Positions 1 to 8,013 of a stretch of 28,370 nucleotides of DNA are shown here, piece after piece. Below the pieces are notes generated by a model that saw only the letters and a program-made list of their open reading frames with translations, was not told where the DNA came from and made no database searches. The stretch's first letter is position 1; each line of letters starts with the position of its first letter. The position numbers and the translations under genes are program-made. The DNA comes from Candidatus Aenigmatarchaeota archaeon (lineage in GTDB: Archaea > Aenigmatarchaeota > Aenigmatarchaeia > QMZP01), in assembly GCA_043811635.1 (NCBI GenBank), contig JBDRNB010000016.1:1-28370 (forward strand), given 5' to 3'.

Positions 1-61
1 TTGAGGAGCCGAGCGAGATCTTGAAAACCTACTATCATTCGCAGAGAACAACCTGAACATC

Positions 62-502
62 ATGCAGGCAGAGCTTACAAACAAGGCAATAGAAAGGCTT
101 TTCATGGAGAACAAGTTCAACATAGCAGCCGGGATGATCATAGTTCTGATAGTTTCATACCTTGTCACACAGATCATGATACCCTACATAAGGCTGGGAA
201 GAGGATTGAAGAGGATGATCGACGAGGAAAAGACGCTTGTAAGCACACGAATAGCAACAGAGAAACAATATTTCTCAAGGAAGATCGACGAAAAAACATT
301 CAACCTGATGATGATACAGGGGCAGGAAAAGGTGCTGAAAACAAGATCAAGCATAAGGCAGATGAAGGAGACACGTGGCACCATTGTCAAGTCAAAGCTG
401 ACACCTACAGCAATGTATAATTGGATCAAGGCGGGCCCAAGAAAGCTCGCAGATAAATTCCACGGAAAACCCAAGACTGTTTTAAACCCGAAAAATAAAT
501 AA
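62..502 (+). CDS. Hypothetical single-pass membrane protein (possibly the C-terminal part of a longer gene cut at the window edge)
   Basis: One hydrophobic segment (IAAGMIIVLIVSYLV) followed by a basic/coiled region; host-like codon style; the frame is open back to nt 5 with TGA at 2-4. Confidence 0.6.
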   Translation: MQAELTNKAIERLFMENKFNIAAGMIIVLIVSYLVTQIMIPYIRLGRGLKRMIDEEKTLVSTRIATEKQYFSRKIDEKTFNLMMIQGQEKVLKTRSSIRQMKETRGTIVKSKLTPTAMYNWIKAGPRKLADKFHGKPKTVLNPKNK

Positions 503-509
503 TAATTAT

Positions 510-1238
510 ATGGAAAGATCCAGGGTTTCCACAGGCATATCCGGATTAGATGAAAAGATGCAGGGTGGTTTCTTCTCAGGAAGCTCAAACCTAATAGTAG
601 GAAAAACAGGAACAGGCAAGACCTCATTCTGCGCATCCTTCTTAAGACACGGCGCACTGATAGAAGAGCCTGGTGTTTATGTAACAACAGAACAGAGGGA
701 AGATGATATAAGGGGGGATATACTTGCAACCTTTGGCTGGGACATGAAGCAGCTAGAGACAAAAAAGATGATCAAGTTCATCTCCATACAGCCTATATTT
801 CCCAGCAAAGCAATGACCTTGGATGACATAAACAAGATAATCAAAACCTACATCTACGACATCCTGGATAAGATAAAGACAAGCGTGAATGAAATCAAGG
901 CAAAGCGTATTGTTGTAGATTCCATATCCATCATGGAAATGTTCATACGTGACGAATACTTGTCGAGAGTGGGCATGATGCAGCTCATAGAGAATCTGAA
1001 GAAGCTGGGAGTGACGTCTGTCCTTACAGGAACCATACCAGAGACTTCAGAGGCATTATCAAGCGGCGGCATAGTGGAATATATAGTAGACACAGTAATC
1101 AAGCTGGACTTCGTTCCTGTCGCTGAGGAGTTCAAGAGAACGCTGACAATCAGGAAGATGAGAAGAACAGATCACTCAACAATGATACACCCATTCGACA
1201 TAGCCAAGTTCGGCCTGAAGATAATTGAAATCAAGTAG
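510..1238 (+). CDS. Single-domain KaiC-like / RecA-superfamily ATPase
   Basis: N-terminal RVSTGISGLD, Walker A GKTGTGKT, YVTTEQ, Walker B IVVDS, C-terminal IRKMR motif. Confidence 0.9.
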   Translation: MERSRVSTGISGLDEKMQGGFFSGSSNLIVGKTGTGKTSFCASFLRHGALIEEPGVYVTTEQREDDIRGDILATFGWDMKQLETKKMIKFISIQPIFPSKAMTLDDINKIIKTYIYDILDKIKTSVNEIKAKRIVVDSISIMEMFIRDEYLSRVGMMQLIENLKKLGVTSVLTGTIPETSEALSSGGIVEYIVDTVIKLDFVPVAEEFKRTLTIRKMRRTDHSTMIHPFDIAKFGLKIIEIK

Positions 1239-1260
1239 AAAATGATTAAAAACAGCTGTA

Positions 1261-1935
1261 TCAAAGTTCATTCTTTTTGATGACTATACCTTTTGGTGTA
1301 ATTTCAAATGGATACACATCCTTTCCATGATTAGTCCCACGCATCTTTCTTATCAAGAGGCTTCTTGCATCCAGCCCACCGATGCCTAAATAATTAAGAA
1401 CAACCACAGTGTCCACTGAAAACTCCTCTACACCGAATCTTGAGAGCGAACTAGATCCTTCTGGTATCTCAGAAATAATAAGGGATGTACACCCTGCATT
1501 CTTCAATGTCGCTATGAGGTTCATGATCCTTCGTCTTATCTGCGCGATCTCACCTATGACAAGTCCCATGACAGCAACAGAGTCTATAACAATCCTCTTT
1601 GCCTTGAGGTTAGACAGTTCATCTATGATGACAGATCCTATATTATTTACCTGCGCAGGATCATGATAAATAATCTTACAAAGTCCTTTCTTCTCAAACT
1701 TCCCAAAATCCCATCCAAACAATAAGCCATCCTGTTTGATGGCATCAGCGCTTTCCTCAAGAGTTATGTATATACATGATTCCCCTCTTTGAAGACCTTC
1801 CCACAGAAACTGAGAAGAGAATATGGTTTTTCCTGTGCCTGTACCGCCTGTGATAAGGTTAACAGAGCCATCTATAAATCCTCCACCAATTAATGGGTCG
1901 AGACCATGAACACCACTCTTCACTCTTTTAATCAT
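1261..1935 (-). CDS. Single-domain KaiC-like / RecA-superfamily ATPase
   Basis: RVKSGVHGLD, Walker A GGTGTGKT, YITLEE, Walker B IVIDS, IRKMRG motif. Confidence 0.92.
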   Translation of the reverse strand: MIKRVKSGVHGLDPLIGGGFIDGSVNLITGGTGTGKTIFSSQFLWEGLQRGESCIYITLEESADAIKQDGLLFGWDFGKFEKKGLCKIIYHDPAQVNNIGSVIIDELSNLKAKRIVIDSVAVMGLVIGEIAQIRRRIMNLIATLKNAGCTSLIISEIPEGSSSLSRFGVEEFSVDTVVVLNYLGIGGLDARSLLIRKMRGTNHGKDVYPFEITPKGIVIKKNEL

Positions 1936-1964
1936 GATTTATCTTTGTTTGGATTACTTAAAAA

Positions 1965-2969
1965 TCACTTGTTTAAATCAGAGAATGTCCCTTCAACAAC
2001 CGCTTGAGACTCTATCAAAGAAAAAGGCTTCAAACCAAACTCCTCTTCCCTCATACTCCTCATCAGTTCCCTGTACACAACAAAGATATGTTCAACACCA
2101 CGGAACGTTGCAAGAGGGTCTGATTGATCTATTCCAGTCAATCCCTTCAACACTGGAACAGTGAATTGATCGCTTAACATCCTATATGGGTCTCCTCTAT
2201 GCGCATATAAGGAATTCATGGCGCCAAAGCCATCTGATTCAACATCAATCATCCTGTCCACCAAATATTCCACATCTTGCGTAGATACAAGATCAATATC
2301 TCCAAACACCTCACACTCAGTAGCTATTGAATCCAATACACGTGCTGCCTCATCCACATGCCTATACATGGCTTCCCTGAAGCCTTGATTGTCAGTGTAC
2401 GTTTCCACATCACCTGCTTTGAGCTTCTCAATTGCAGTTTGAACACCCCTTTTTGCAGCATACAAAGCGGCCTTTCTGGTATAATTCTCTGCCTGCTGTA
2501 CGATATTCACCTTTCCAACCTGCATCTTACCTGGAAGGAAATTAGACACCAACTCTGTCAAAAAAGTCGCCACACTGACAACAGCCTCTCCTGCTTGTAA
2601 ACTAGAAAAATTCTTGTACCTTTCAGCCCGTTCCCTCATCACAGCTGGAAGCCCCCTCTCTATATAATACATAAACTGGCCAGCAGTAGCAATGTCACGA
2701 TTGCCATTAATTCTAATATCACCATCAGGCTCAACAACAATCCAGAGGTTATTCATGTCTTCATAAACCTCTGGAACCACAAACGGGTGTGCTCTGACCA
2801 TGTCTCCATTATCAAGCATGACCCTGTAGCCATCAAGCACAGTACCATATCCTTTATACCTGTTCATGAATTCAGCAAATGTATAGTCACCTGCCTGAAT
2901 AGAAGACGTGCCCATGACTAAAGCTGCCGTAACATTCCCTACATTTCTCAAAGACGATCCTAGTCTCAT
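1965..2969 (-). CDS. Hypothetical protein, 334 aa, with a possible N-terminal export signal
   Basis: Long ORF filling the gap between KaiC-2 and the prenyltransferase; N-terminus MRLGSSLRNVGNVTAALVMGTSSIQA; no recognised motif. Confidence 0.7.
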   Translation of the reverse strand: MRLGSSLRNVGNVTAALVMGTSSIQAGDYTFAEFMNRYKGYGTVLDGYRVMLDNGDMVRAHPFVVPEVYEDMNNLWIVVEPDGDIRINGNRDIATAGQFMYYIERGLPAVMRERAERYKNFSSLQAGEAVVSVATFLTELVSNFLPGKMQVGKVNIVQQAENYTRKAALYAAKRGVQTAIEKLKAGDVETYTDNQGFREAMYRHVDEAARVLDSIATECEVFGDIDLVSTQDVEYLVDRMIDVESDGFGAMNSLYAHRGDPYRMLSDQFTVPVLKGLTGIDQSDPLATFRGVEHIFVVYRELMRSMREEEFGLKPFSLIESQAVVEGTFSDLNK

Positions 2970-3019
2970 AATTGATTCCTGTAAGAAAGTTTTTTAAATA
3001 CTAGCCCAAATTGCTTGTT

Positions 3020-4081
3020 ATGGATGACTTTTTCGAGTTTCTGAAGAAAAACAAAAAGTTTGTAGATTCTATAATAAAGAAACATGTGCCAGAGAAGTGG
3101 GATGACAAATACCTGGAATGGCTTCTGGGAAAGCCGTCTTACACATATGATTCTGTTGCCTTGACAAAATCACTCGCAGAACCCATGTGGGACTTCCTAA
3201 ACAGAGGAGGAAAGAGATGGAGGCCAGTGATGTTCCTACTTTTCACAGAAGCACTTGGAGGGAACATGGAAAAGGCAAGTGACATAGCAATTATACCAGA
3301 GCTGGTGCATGAGGGATCTATAATGGTCGATGACGTCGAGGACCTGGGAGAGATGAGAAGAGGCAAGCCATGCACCCACAAGATATTCGGAGTTGACATT
3401 GCAATCAACACAGGAAACATGATGTATTACATACCACTGATAATCTTAATCAAGAACATACCAAAACTTGATGATGAAACCCGCCTAAGGATGTACAATA
3501 TATACACACAGGAGATGATCAACCTGTCTGCTGGTCAAGCTATGGACATATGGTGGCATAAAGGAAAGGCATCGAATGTAACAGAGAAACAGTACATGCA
3601 GATGTGCGCATATAAAACAGGCACGCTTGCACGCATGGCAGCCAGGCTTGCAGTAGCCTTGTCCAAGGGCACAGATGAACAGGAGGAAAAGATTGGAAAG
3701 ATAGCAGAGACATTCGGTGTCGCATTCCAGATTCACGATGACATATTGAGTGCAACAAGCAAGGAGTTCTCTGACAAAAAGGGATACGGAGACGACATAA
3801 CAGAGGGCAAGAGATCCCTGATGGTGGTGCACGCACTACATCATGCATCAAAAGAGGAAAGAAGCGAGCTATTATCAATCCTGGATTCACATACCAGGGA
3901 CAAGGAGAAGATAGACAGGGCCATTGAAATCCTTGTGAATACAGGATCAGTCGAGCATGCAAAGAAGACAGCAAAGGAGATCATGTCAAATGCTTGGGAA
4001 GGAGCTAATGTGATACCAGACTCTCCTGCCAAGAAAAATATAAAAAGACTGGTGGACTATCTAATAGAGAGAACAATATAA
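3020..4081 (+). CDS. trans-Isoprenyl (probably geranylgeranyl) diphosphate synthase
   Basis: GGKRWRP, first Asp-rich motif DDVED..RRG, GQAMD, KT, second Asp-rich motif FQIHDD..DDITEGK. ATG at 3020 preferred over TTG 3011; TATA-like TTTTTAAATA at about 2991-3000. Confidence 0.93.
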   Translation: MDDFFEFLKKNKKFVDSIIKKHVPEKWDDKYLEWLLGKPSYTYDSVALTKSLAEPMWDFLNRGGKRWRPVMFLLFTEALGGNMEKASDIAIIPELVHEGSIMVDDVEDLGEMRRGKPCTHKIFGVDIAINTGNMMYYIPLIILIKNIPKLDDETRLRMYNIYTQEMINLSAGQAMDIWWHKGKASNVTEKQYMQMCAYKTGTLARMAARLAVALSKGTDEQEEKIGKIAETFGVAFQIHDDILSATSKEFSDKKGYGDDITEGKRSLMVVHALHHASKEERSELLSILDSHTRDKEKIDRAIEILVNTGSVEHAKKTAKEIMSNAWEGANVIPDSPAKKNIKRLVDYLIERTI

Positions 4082-4117
4082 GTTATTTATAACATATACA
4101 ACAATATACGAGATATT

Positions 4118-4285
4118 ATGGGTATAGCATCCACTCTCAGAAAATACATAAGGGTACTCCAAGTAGCTAGAAAGCCAAACAAAGACGAATTCACAATGTC
4201 TGCAAAGATATCAGCCATTGGCATAGTGCTTATAGGTGTGATAGGATTTGGTATATTCTTGGCATTTATATTCCTCGGCGTCTAA
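4118..4285 (+). CDS. secE: Protein translocase subunit SecE (Sec61-gamma); not in the ORF track
   Basis: Translated by hand: MGIASTLRKYIRVLQVARKPNKDEFTMSAKISAIGIVLIGVIGFGIFLAFIFLGV (55 aa). It has the RVL..ARKP..EF motif plus a C-terminal TM helix and sits in the canonical position before spt5. Confidence 0.95.
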   Translation: MGIASTLRKYIRVLQVARKPNKDEFTMSAKISAIGIVLIGVIGFGIFLAFIFLGV

Positions 4286-4294
4286 AGGAGCTAT

Positions 4295-4759
4295 ATGATC
4301 TACACAATACGAACTACATCAGGAAGAGAGGACATTGTGATAGACCTATTAACAACCAAGCTGAGCACATCTGATCTTAATGTGAAGTCTGTTTTTCATC
4401 CAGCAGAGATCAAGGGGTACATATTCATAGAAGGGGAACTCGGAGACATACACAAGGCAATGAAAGGACTTATGCATGCACGAGGACTGATAGAGAAGCC
4501 CATAAAGCTTGAAGAGGTTCAGCACTTCCTGGAATCAAAGAAGACAAAAACAATTGTCAACAAGGACGACACAGTGGAGATCATGGGAGGCCCATTCAAG
4601 GGCGAGAAAGGCAAGATCAAGAGGATAGACCAGGCAAAGGACGAGGTAACCATAGAGCTGCTTGAGGCAACAATCCCAATCCCAGTCACAATCGCAACTG
4701 AATTCATCAAGATCATCAAGAAAGCAAAGACAGAAGAGGCTGAAGAAGGAAGCGATTAG
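4295..4759 (+). CDS. spt5: Transcription elongation factor Spt5 (NusG family)
   Basis: NGN domain (IYTIRTTSGRE, KGYIFIE) and KOW motif (VEIMGGPFKGEKGKI); SD AAGGAG just upstream. Confidence 0.96.
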   Translation: MIYTIRTTSGREDIVIDLLTTKLSTSDLNVKSVFHPAEIKGYIFIEGELGDIHKAMKGLMHARGLIEKPIKLEEVQHFLESKKTKTIVNKDDTVEIMGGPFKGEKGKIKRIDQAKDEVTIELLEATIPIPVTIATEFIKIIKKAKTEEAEEGSD

Positions 4760-4764
4760 TTCTA

Positions 4765-4812
4765 CAAAAACCTTTAAATAACATCGAGATTATGAATTAA
4801 CCAATACAGGTG
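4765..4812 (+). promoter_or_regulatory. Putative BRE/TATA promoter and SD for rpl11
   Basis: CAAAAA (4765-4770), TTTAAATA (4773-4780), AGGTG at 4808-4812, ATG at 4817. Confidence 0.6.
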
Positions 4813-4816
4813 TACT

Positions 4817-5410
4817 ATGGCTAAGGAAACAATCGAAGCATTGGTTGAAGGTGGCAAGGCATCAGCAGGCCCACCACTTGGTCCCGCACTCGGGCCGATG
4901 GGCGTCAACACTAAAAAGGTAGTGGAAGACATAAATGAGAAGACTGCCGGCATGAAGGGAATGAAGGTGCCTGTGAAGGTGATAATCGACACCGCTACAA
5001 AGGAGTATGAGATAGTTGTAGGAACACCTCCTGTTGCAGCATTAATCAAGAAGGAGATCGGAATAGACAAGGGGTCAGGAAAAGCAGGAGAAGTCAGAGT
5101 AGGAGACATCTCAATGGAGCAGGTGAAAAAAATAGCAAAGACCAAGTTTGGTAGTGATGATAAAATGTATGTAAATCAGGTACTCGGAACATGCAGAAGC
5201 ATGGGAATTACTGTTGGTGAAGGCGGATTGAGCACAGAGGAAGAGAAGGCTGCAAAGGAAAGCACTGTGCAGGAGAAGAAGGAAGCAAAGCCGGCTGAAG
5301 GTGAAGCAGCTGAAGGTGAAGCAGAAGGCAAGTCTGCAAAGGATAAGGAAGAAGGAAAGGAAGAAAAATCAGAAGGCAAGGACAAGAAGCCTGAAGGTAA
5401 GAAGAAGTAA
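4817..5410 (+). CDS. rpl11: 50S ribosomal protein L11 (uL11) with a long E/K/A/G-rich C-terminal tail
   Basis: VEGGKASAGPPLGPALGPMGVN, VGTPPVAALIKKE, GTCRSMGI. Confidence 0.97.
   Translation: MAKETIEALVEGGKASAGPPLGPALGPMGVNTKKVVEDINEKTAGMKGMKVPVKVIIDTATKEYEIVVGTPPVAALIKKEIGIDKGSGKAGEVRVGDISMEQVKKIAKTKFGSDDKMYVNQVLGTCRSMGITVGEGGLSTEEEKAAKESTVQEKKEAKPAEGEAAEGEAEGKSAKDKEEGKEEKSEGKDKKPEGKKK
5294..5323 (+). repeat. Exact 15-bp tandem duplication GCTGAAGGTGAAGCA x2 (AEGEA x2) in the L11 tail
   Basis: Read directly: 5294-5308 is identical to 5309-5323. Confidence 0.95.
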
Positions 5411-5448
5411 CTTTTGTGTATTTAAATTTTACTGTTTTTTAGATAATC

Positions 5449-5883
5449 ATGAAGCATCTAGACATAACATTCTGGGCGTTATTCATTGTAATAGGAGCAG
5501 CTGTTATAACCAGCAGCTTGATCAATACAATTATAGTAGACATACTACTAGGCCTAGTAATCATAATACTTGGTGTTCACAAGCTCTCCCAGGAGTTTAC
5601 GGCAAAAAAGATCACAGAGAGTCAAGAGCAGTCACAAAAGAAGATCAATCACATACTAGAGTGGCTTGACAAGAACTACAAATACACAAAGAACATGAGC
5701 GAAAGGAACGACATCAGATTTGACAAGATTCACCAGAAAAACAAGGAGACTGGGGATAGTGTAGAAACCAAGTACAGAGAGCTCGCGAAGAGGATGTTCG
5801 AGCTGGAAAACATACTAAAAGAACTATCAAGAGCCCTTCTGTCCAAAGAAGAGGTTCGAAGCGGCAGAAGGAAAAGCTTATAA
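5449..5883 (+). CDS. Hypothetical membrane protein (two N-terminal TM helices plus a coiled-coil) inside the ribosomal cluster
   Basis: Hydrophobic hairpin ITFWALFIVIGAAVITSSLI / IIVDILLGLVIIILGV, then heptad-like charged helices; TTTAAAT at 5421-5427 upstream. Confidence 0.8.
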   Translation: MKHLDITFWALFIVIGAAVITSSLINTIIVDILLGLVIIILGVHKLSQEFTAKKITESQEQSQKKINHILEWLDKNYKYTKNMSERNDIRFDKIHQKNKETGDSVETKYRELAKRMFELENILKELSRALLSKEEVRSGRRKSL

Positions 5884-5942
5884 GTGAAAAATTTCATATA
5901 ATGATATCGGATCCGTGTGTACTACTTAGGTAGGAGGATAGA

Positions 5943-6569
5943 ATGAAGACATTAGAAGCAATCAAGAAAGTGAAGGAACAATCAAAGGAAAGAAAATTCA
6001 AACAAACATGGGATATTTCTATAGGTCTTAAAGGCCTTGATTTGAGAAAACCAGAGAACAGACTAAACACCGAATTCGTTCTTCCAGAAGGTCGTGGTAA
6101 GGAACAGAAGGTAGTTGTCATAGCAGATTCCATTGCAAAAGAGGCAGAGAACCACGCAGACAAGGTTGTGACAAAGGAAGAGCTTGAATCAATCATTTCT
6201 GACAAGAAGAAGATAAAGAAGTTAGCTGATAGCTACGATAGATTCTTATGTGAAGCCAGCTTGATGGCACAGGTAGGAAAGCACCTGGGTGCTATTTTGG
6301 GACCCAGAGGAAAGGTTCCAAAACCAATGCCACCAAGGGCAAACCCAGAGCCATTCATCAAGATGGCGAAGAGGACAATCAGGATCTCCCTGAGAGACAA
6401 TCCAGTTATTCATATTTCTGTAGGAACAGAGGACATGGAAGATGAGAAGGTTGTAAAGAACATAGATGCTGTTCTAAACTTCATCAAGGAGAAGCTGCCC
6501 AAGGGACAGACAAACATCAAGTCTGCATACCTGAAACTCACAATGAGCAAGCCTGTGAGGTTGGAGTGA
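5943..6569 (+). CDS. rpl1: 50S ribosomal protein L1 (uL1)
   Basis: RKFKQTWDISIGLKGLDL, LGAILGPRGKVPKP, KLTMSKPV; SD AGGAGGA upstream. Confidence 0.97.
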   Translation: MKTLEAIKKVKEQSKERKFKQTWDISIGLKGLDLRKPENRLNTEFVLPEGRGKEQKVVVIADSIAKEAENHADKVVTKEELESIISDKKKIKKLADSYDRFLCEASLMAQVGKHLGAILGPRGKVPKPMPPRANPEPFIKMAKRTIRISLRDNPVIHISVGTEDMEDEKVVKNIDAVLNFIKEKLPKGQTNIKSAYLKLTMSKPVRLE

Positions 6570-6570
6570 T

Positions 6571-7626
6571 ATGTCAGAAAAGAAAGTACCTGAAAAGAAG
6601 AAGCAAGAAGTTATTGATGTGAAAAAACAGTTTCAGAAATACTCAGTAATAGGACTGCTTGACATGCACAAACTTCCAGGCAAGCAGCTGTTCGAGATAA
6701 GGAACAAGCTTAAAGGCGAAGCAACAATACGAATGGTTAAGAAGAGGCTGATAAAAATCGCGATTGGAGAAATCAATCTGAAGAACATAGGCGAGCTTGT
6801 TGACAGGATAAAGGGAGAGCCAGCTCTGCTATTCAGCAATACAGATCCATTCAAGCTAGCACGGATAATAAGCAAATCCAAATCACCAGCAGCGGCAAAG
6901 CCAGGAGATATTGCACCCAGGGACATAGTTGTGAAGGCAGGTCCAACGCAGCTTGCAGCAGGTCCTGTGATAGGTGAATTGCAGAGGGTGAAGATACCTG
7001 CAGGCGTGGAAGGAGAGAAGATCAGCATAAAAAAGGACACAACCGTTGTCAAGGAGGGACAGGTAATTGAGAAGCCGGTTGCTGATATAATCAGCAAGCT
7101 TGGTATAGAGCCAATGGAGATTGGACTCACACTCATATCAGTCTGGAATGATGGAACAATCTATGACAAGGACATACTATTCATACCAATGGAAAAATAC
7201 ACAGAGGATCTGCTAAAGGCATATTCAAATGCATTCAATCTTTCACTTGAGCTGGGATACCCAACAAAATACAACCTACCTGTGCTCATATCCAAGGCAC
7301 ACAGTGAGGCATATGCGTTGGCAATGGAGACAGGCACACTAACAAAGGAGACACTGGGACCACTGCTGCTAAAGGCCCAGGCCCAGGCAGCAGAGCTCGA
7401 AAAGAAGGCCGGAGACCTCAAGCCAGCAGAGGAGGCCAAGGAAGAGGCCAAAGACGATGCCAAGGATGTAAAGAAAGAGGATAAGGACGAGAAAAAAGAG
7501 GACGCAGCCAAGAAGGAAGAAAAGATATCAGGAAATGATGAGAAGAAAGAAAAGGCTGACGACAAGAAAGCAGATACAAAGCCTGAGAAATATGATGATA
7601 AAAAATCACAAAAGAAAAAGGAGTAA
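6571..7626 (+). CDS. rpl10: 50S ribosomal protein L10 / aP0 (uL10) with a K/D/E-rich tail
   Basis: [41 protein letters not shown]; three spine-helix repeats. Confidence 0.96.
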   Translation: MSEKKVPEKKKQEVIDVKKQFQKYSVIGLLDMHKLPGKQLFEIRNKLKGEATIRMVKKRLIKIAIGEINLKNIGELVDRIKGEPALLFSNTDPFKLARIISKSKSPAAAKPGDIAPRDIVVKAGPTQLAAGPVIGELQRVKIPAGVEGEKISIKKDTTVVKEGQVIEKPVADIISKLGIEPMEIGLTLISVWNDGTIYDKDILFIPMEKYTEDLLKAYSNAFNLSLELGYPTKYNLPVLISKAHSEAYALAMETGTLTKETLGPLLLKAQAQAAELEKKAGDLKPAEEAKEEAKDDAKDVKKEDKDEKKEDAAKKEEKISGNDEKKEKADDKKADTKPEKYDDKKSQKKKE

Positions 7627-7628
7627 TT

Positions 7629-7934
7629 ATGGAATTAATATACGCAAGTCTGTTGCTTCATGACGCGGGAAAAGAGATCACAGAAGAGAACGTCAAGAAA
7701 GTGATAACTGCAGCAGGTGGAAAGGCAGACGCTGCAATGATAAAGGCATTGGTTTCAAACCTGAAGGAAGTTAACATAGAAGAAGCCATCAAGAACGCAG
7801 CATTTATGTCAGCACCAGCAGCACCAGCAAGCGGTGGAGCACCAGCAGAGAAAAAGGAAGAAGAAAAAGAAGAAAAGAGCGAAGAGCAGAAATCAGAAGA
7901 AGCAGCAGCTGGATTGAGCAGTTTATTTGGTTAG
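7629..7934 (+). CDS. rpl12: Ribosomal stalk protein L12 / aP1
   Basis: [17 protein letters not shown], Ala/Glu hinge, C-terminal [12 protein letters not shown]. Confidence 0.97.
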   Translation: MELIYASLLLHDAGKEITEENVKKVITAAGGKADAAMIKALVSNLKEVNIEEAIKNAAFMSAPAAPASGGAPAEKKEEEKEEKSEEQKSEEAAAGLSSLFG

Positions 7935-8013
7935 ATTATTTAATTTAGCTATGAAATCCAGCCATCTTCCTATTGATACCTCGGCCTGTGCTGCTGAAAA
8001 TGGTAGTTGCAGC

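Noticed and set aside
1-61. Coding-like frame (GAERDLENLLSFAENNLNI) upstream of ATG 62 ending at TGA 2-4, considered as possible stop-codon recoding
   Set aside because: TGA is a normal stop elsewhere (rpl1, alaS, KaiC-2, purB). A single case at the window edge is more simply an upstream stop or a terminal sequence error.
3290-3340. Gly at -5 of the first Asp-rich motif read as proof of a long-chain prenyl synthase
   Set aside because: The rest of the protein resembles type III GGPPS, in which that position is small and chain length is set elsewhere, so this residue alone is not diagnostic.
5970-6003. Possible L1 autogenous-control site in the early rpl1 coding sequence (as in Methanococcus)
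   Set aside because: Only a 4-bp UGAA/UUCA pairing is visible and the internal-loop consensus cannot be built; the similarity is explained by protein conservation.
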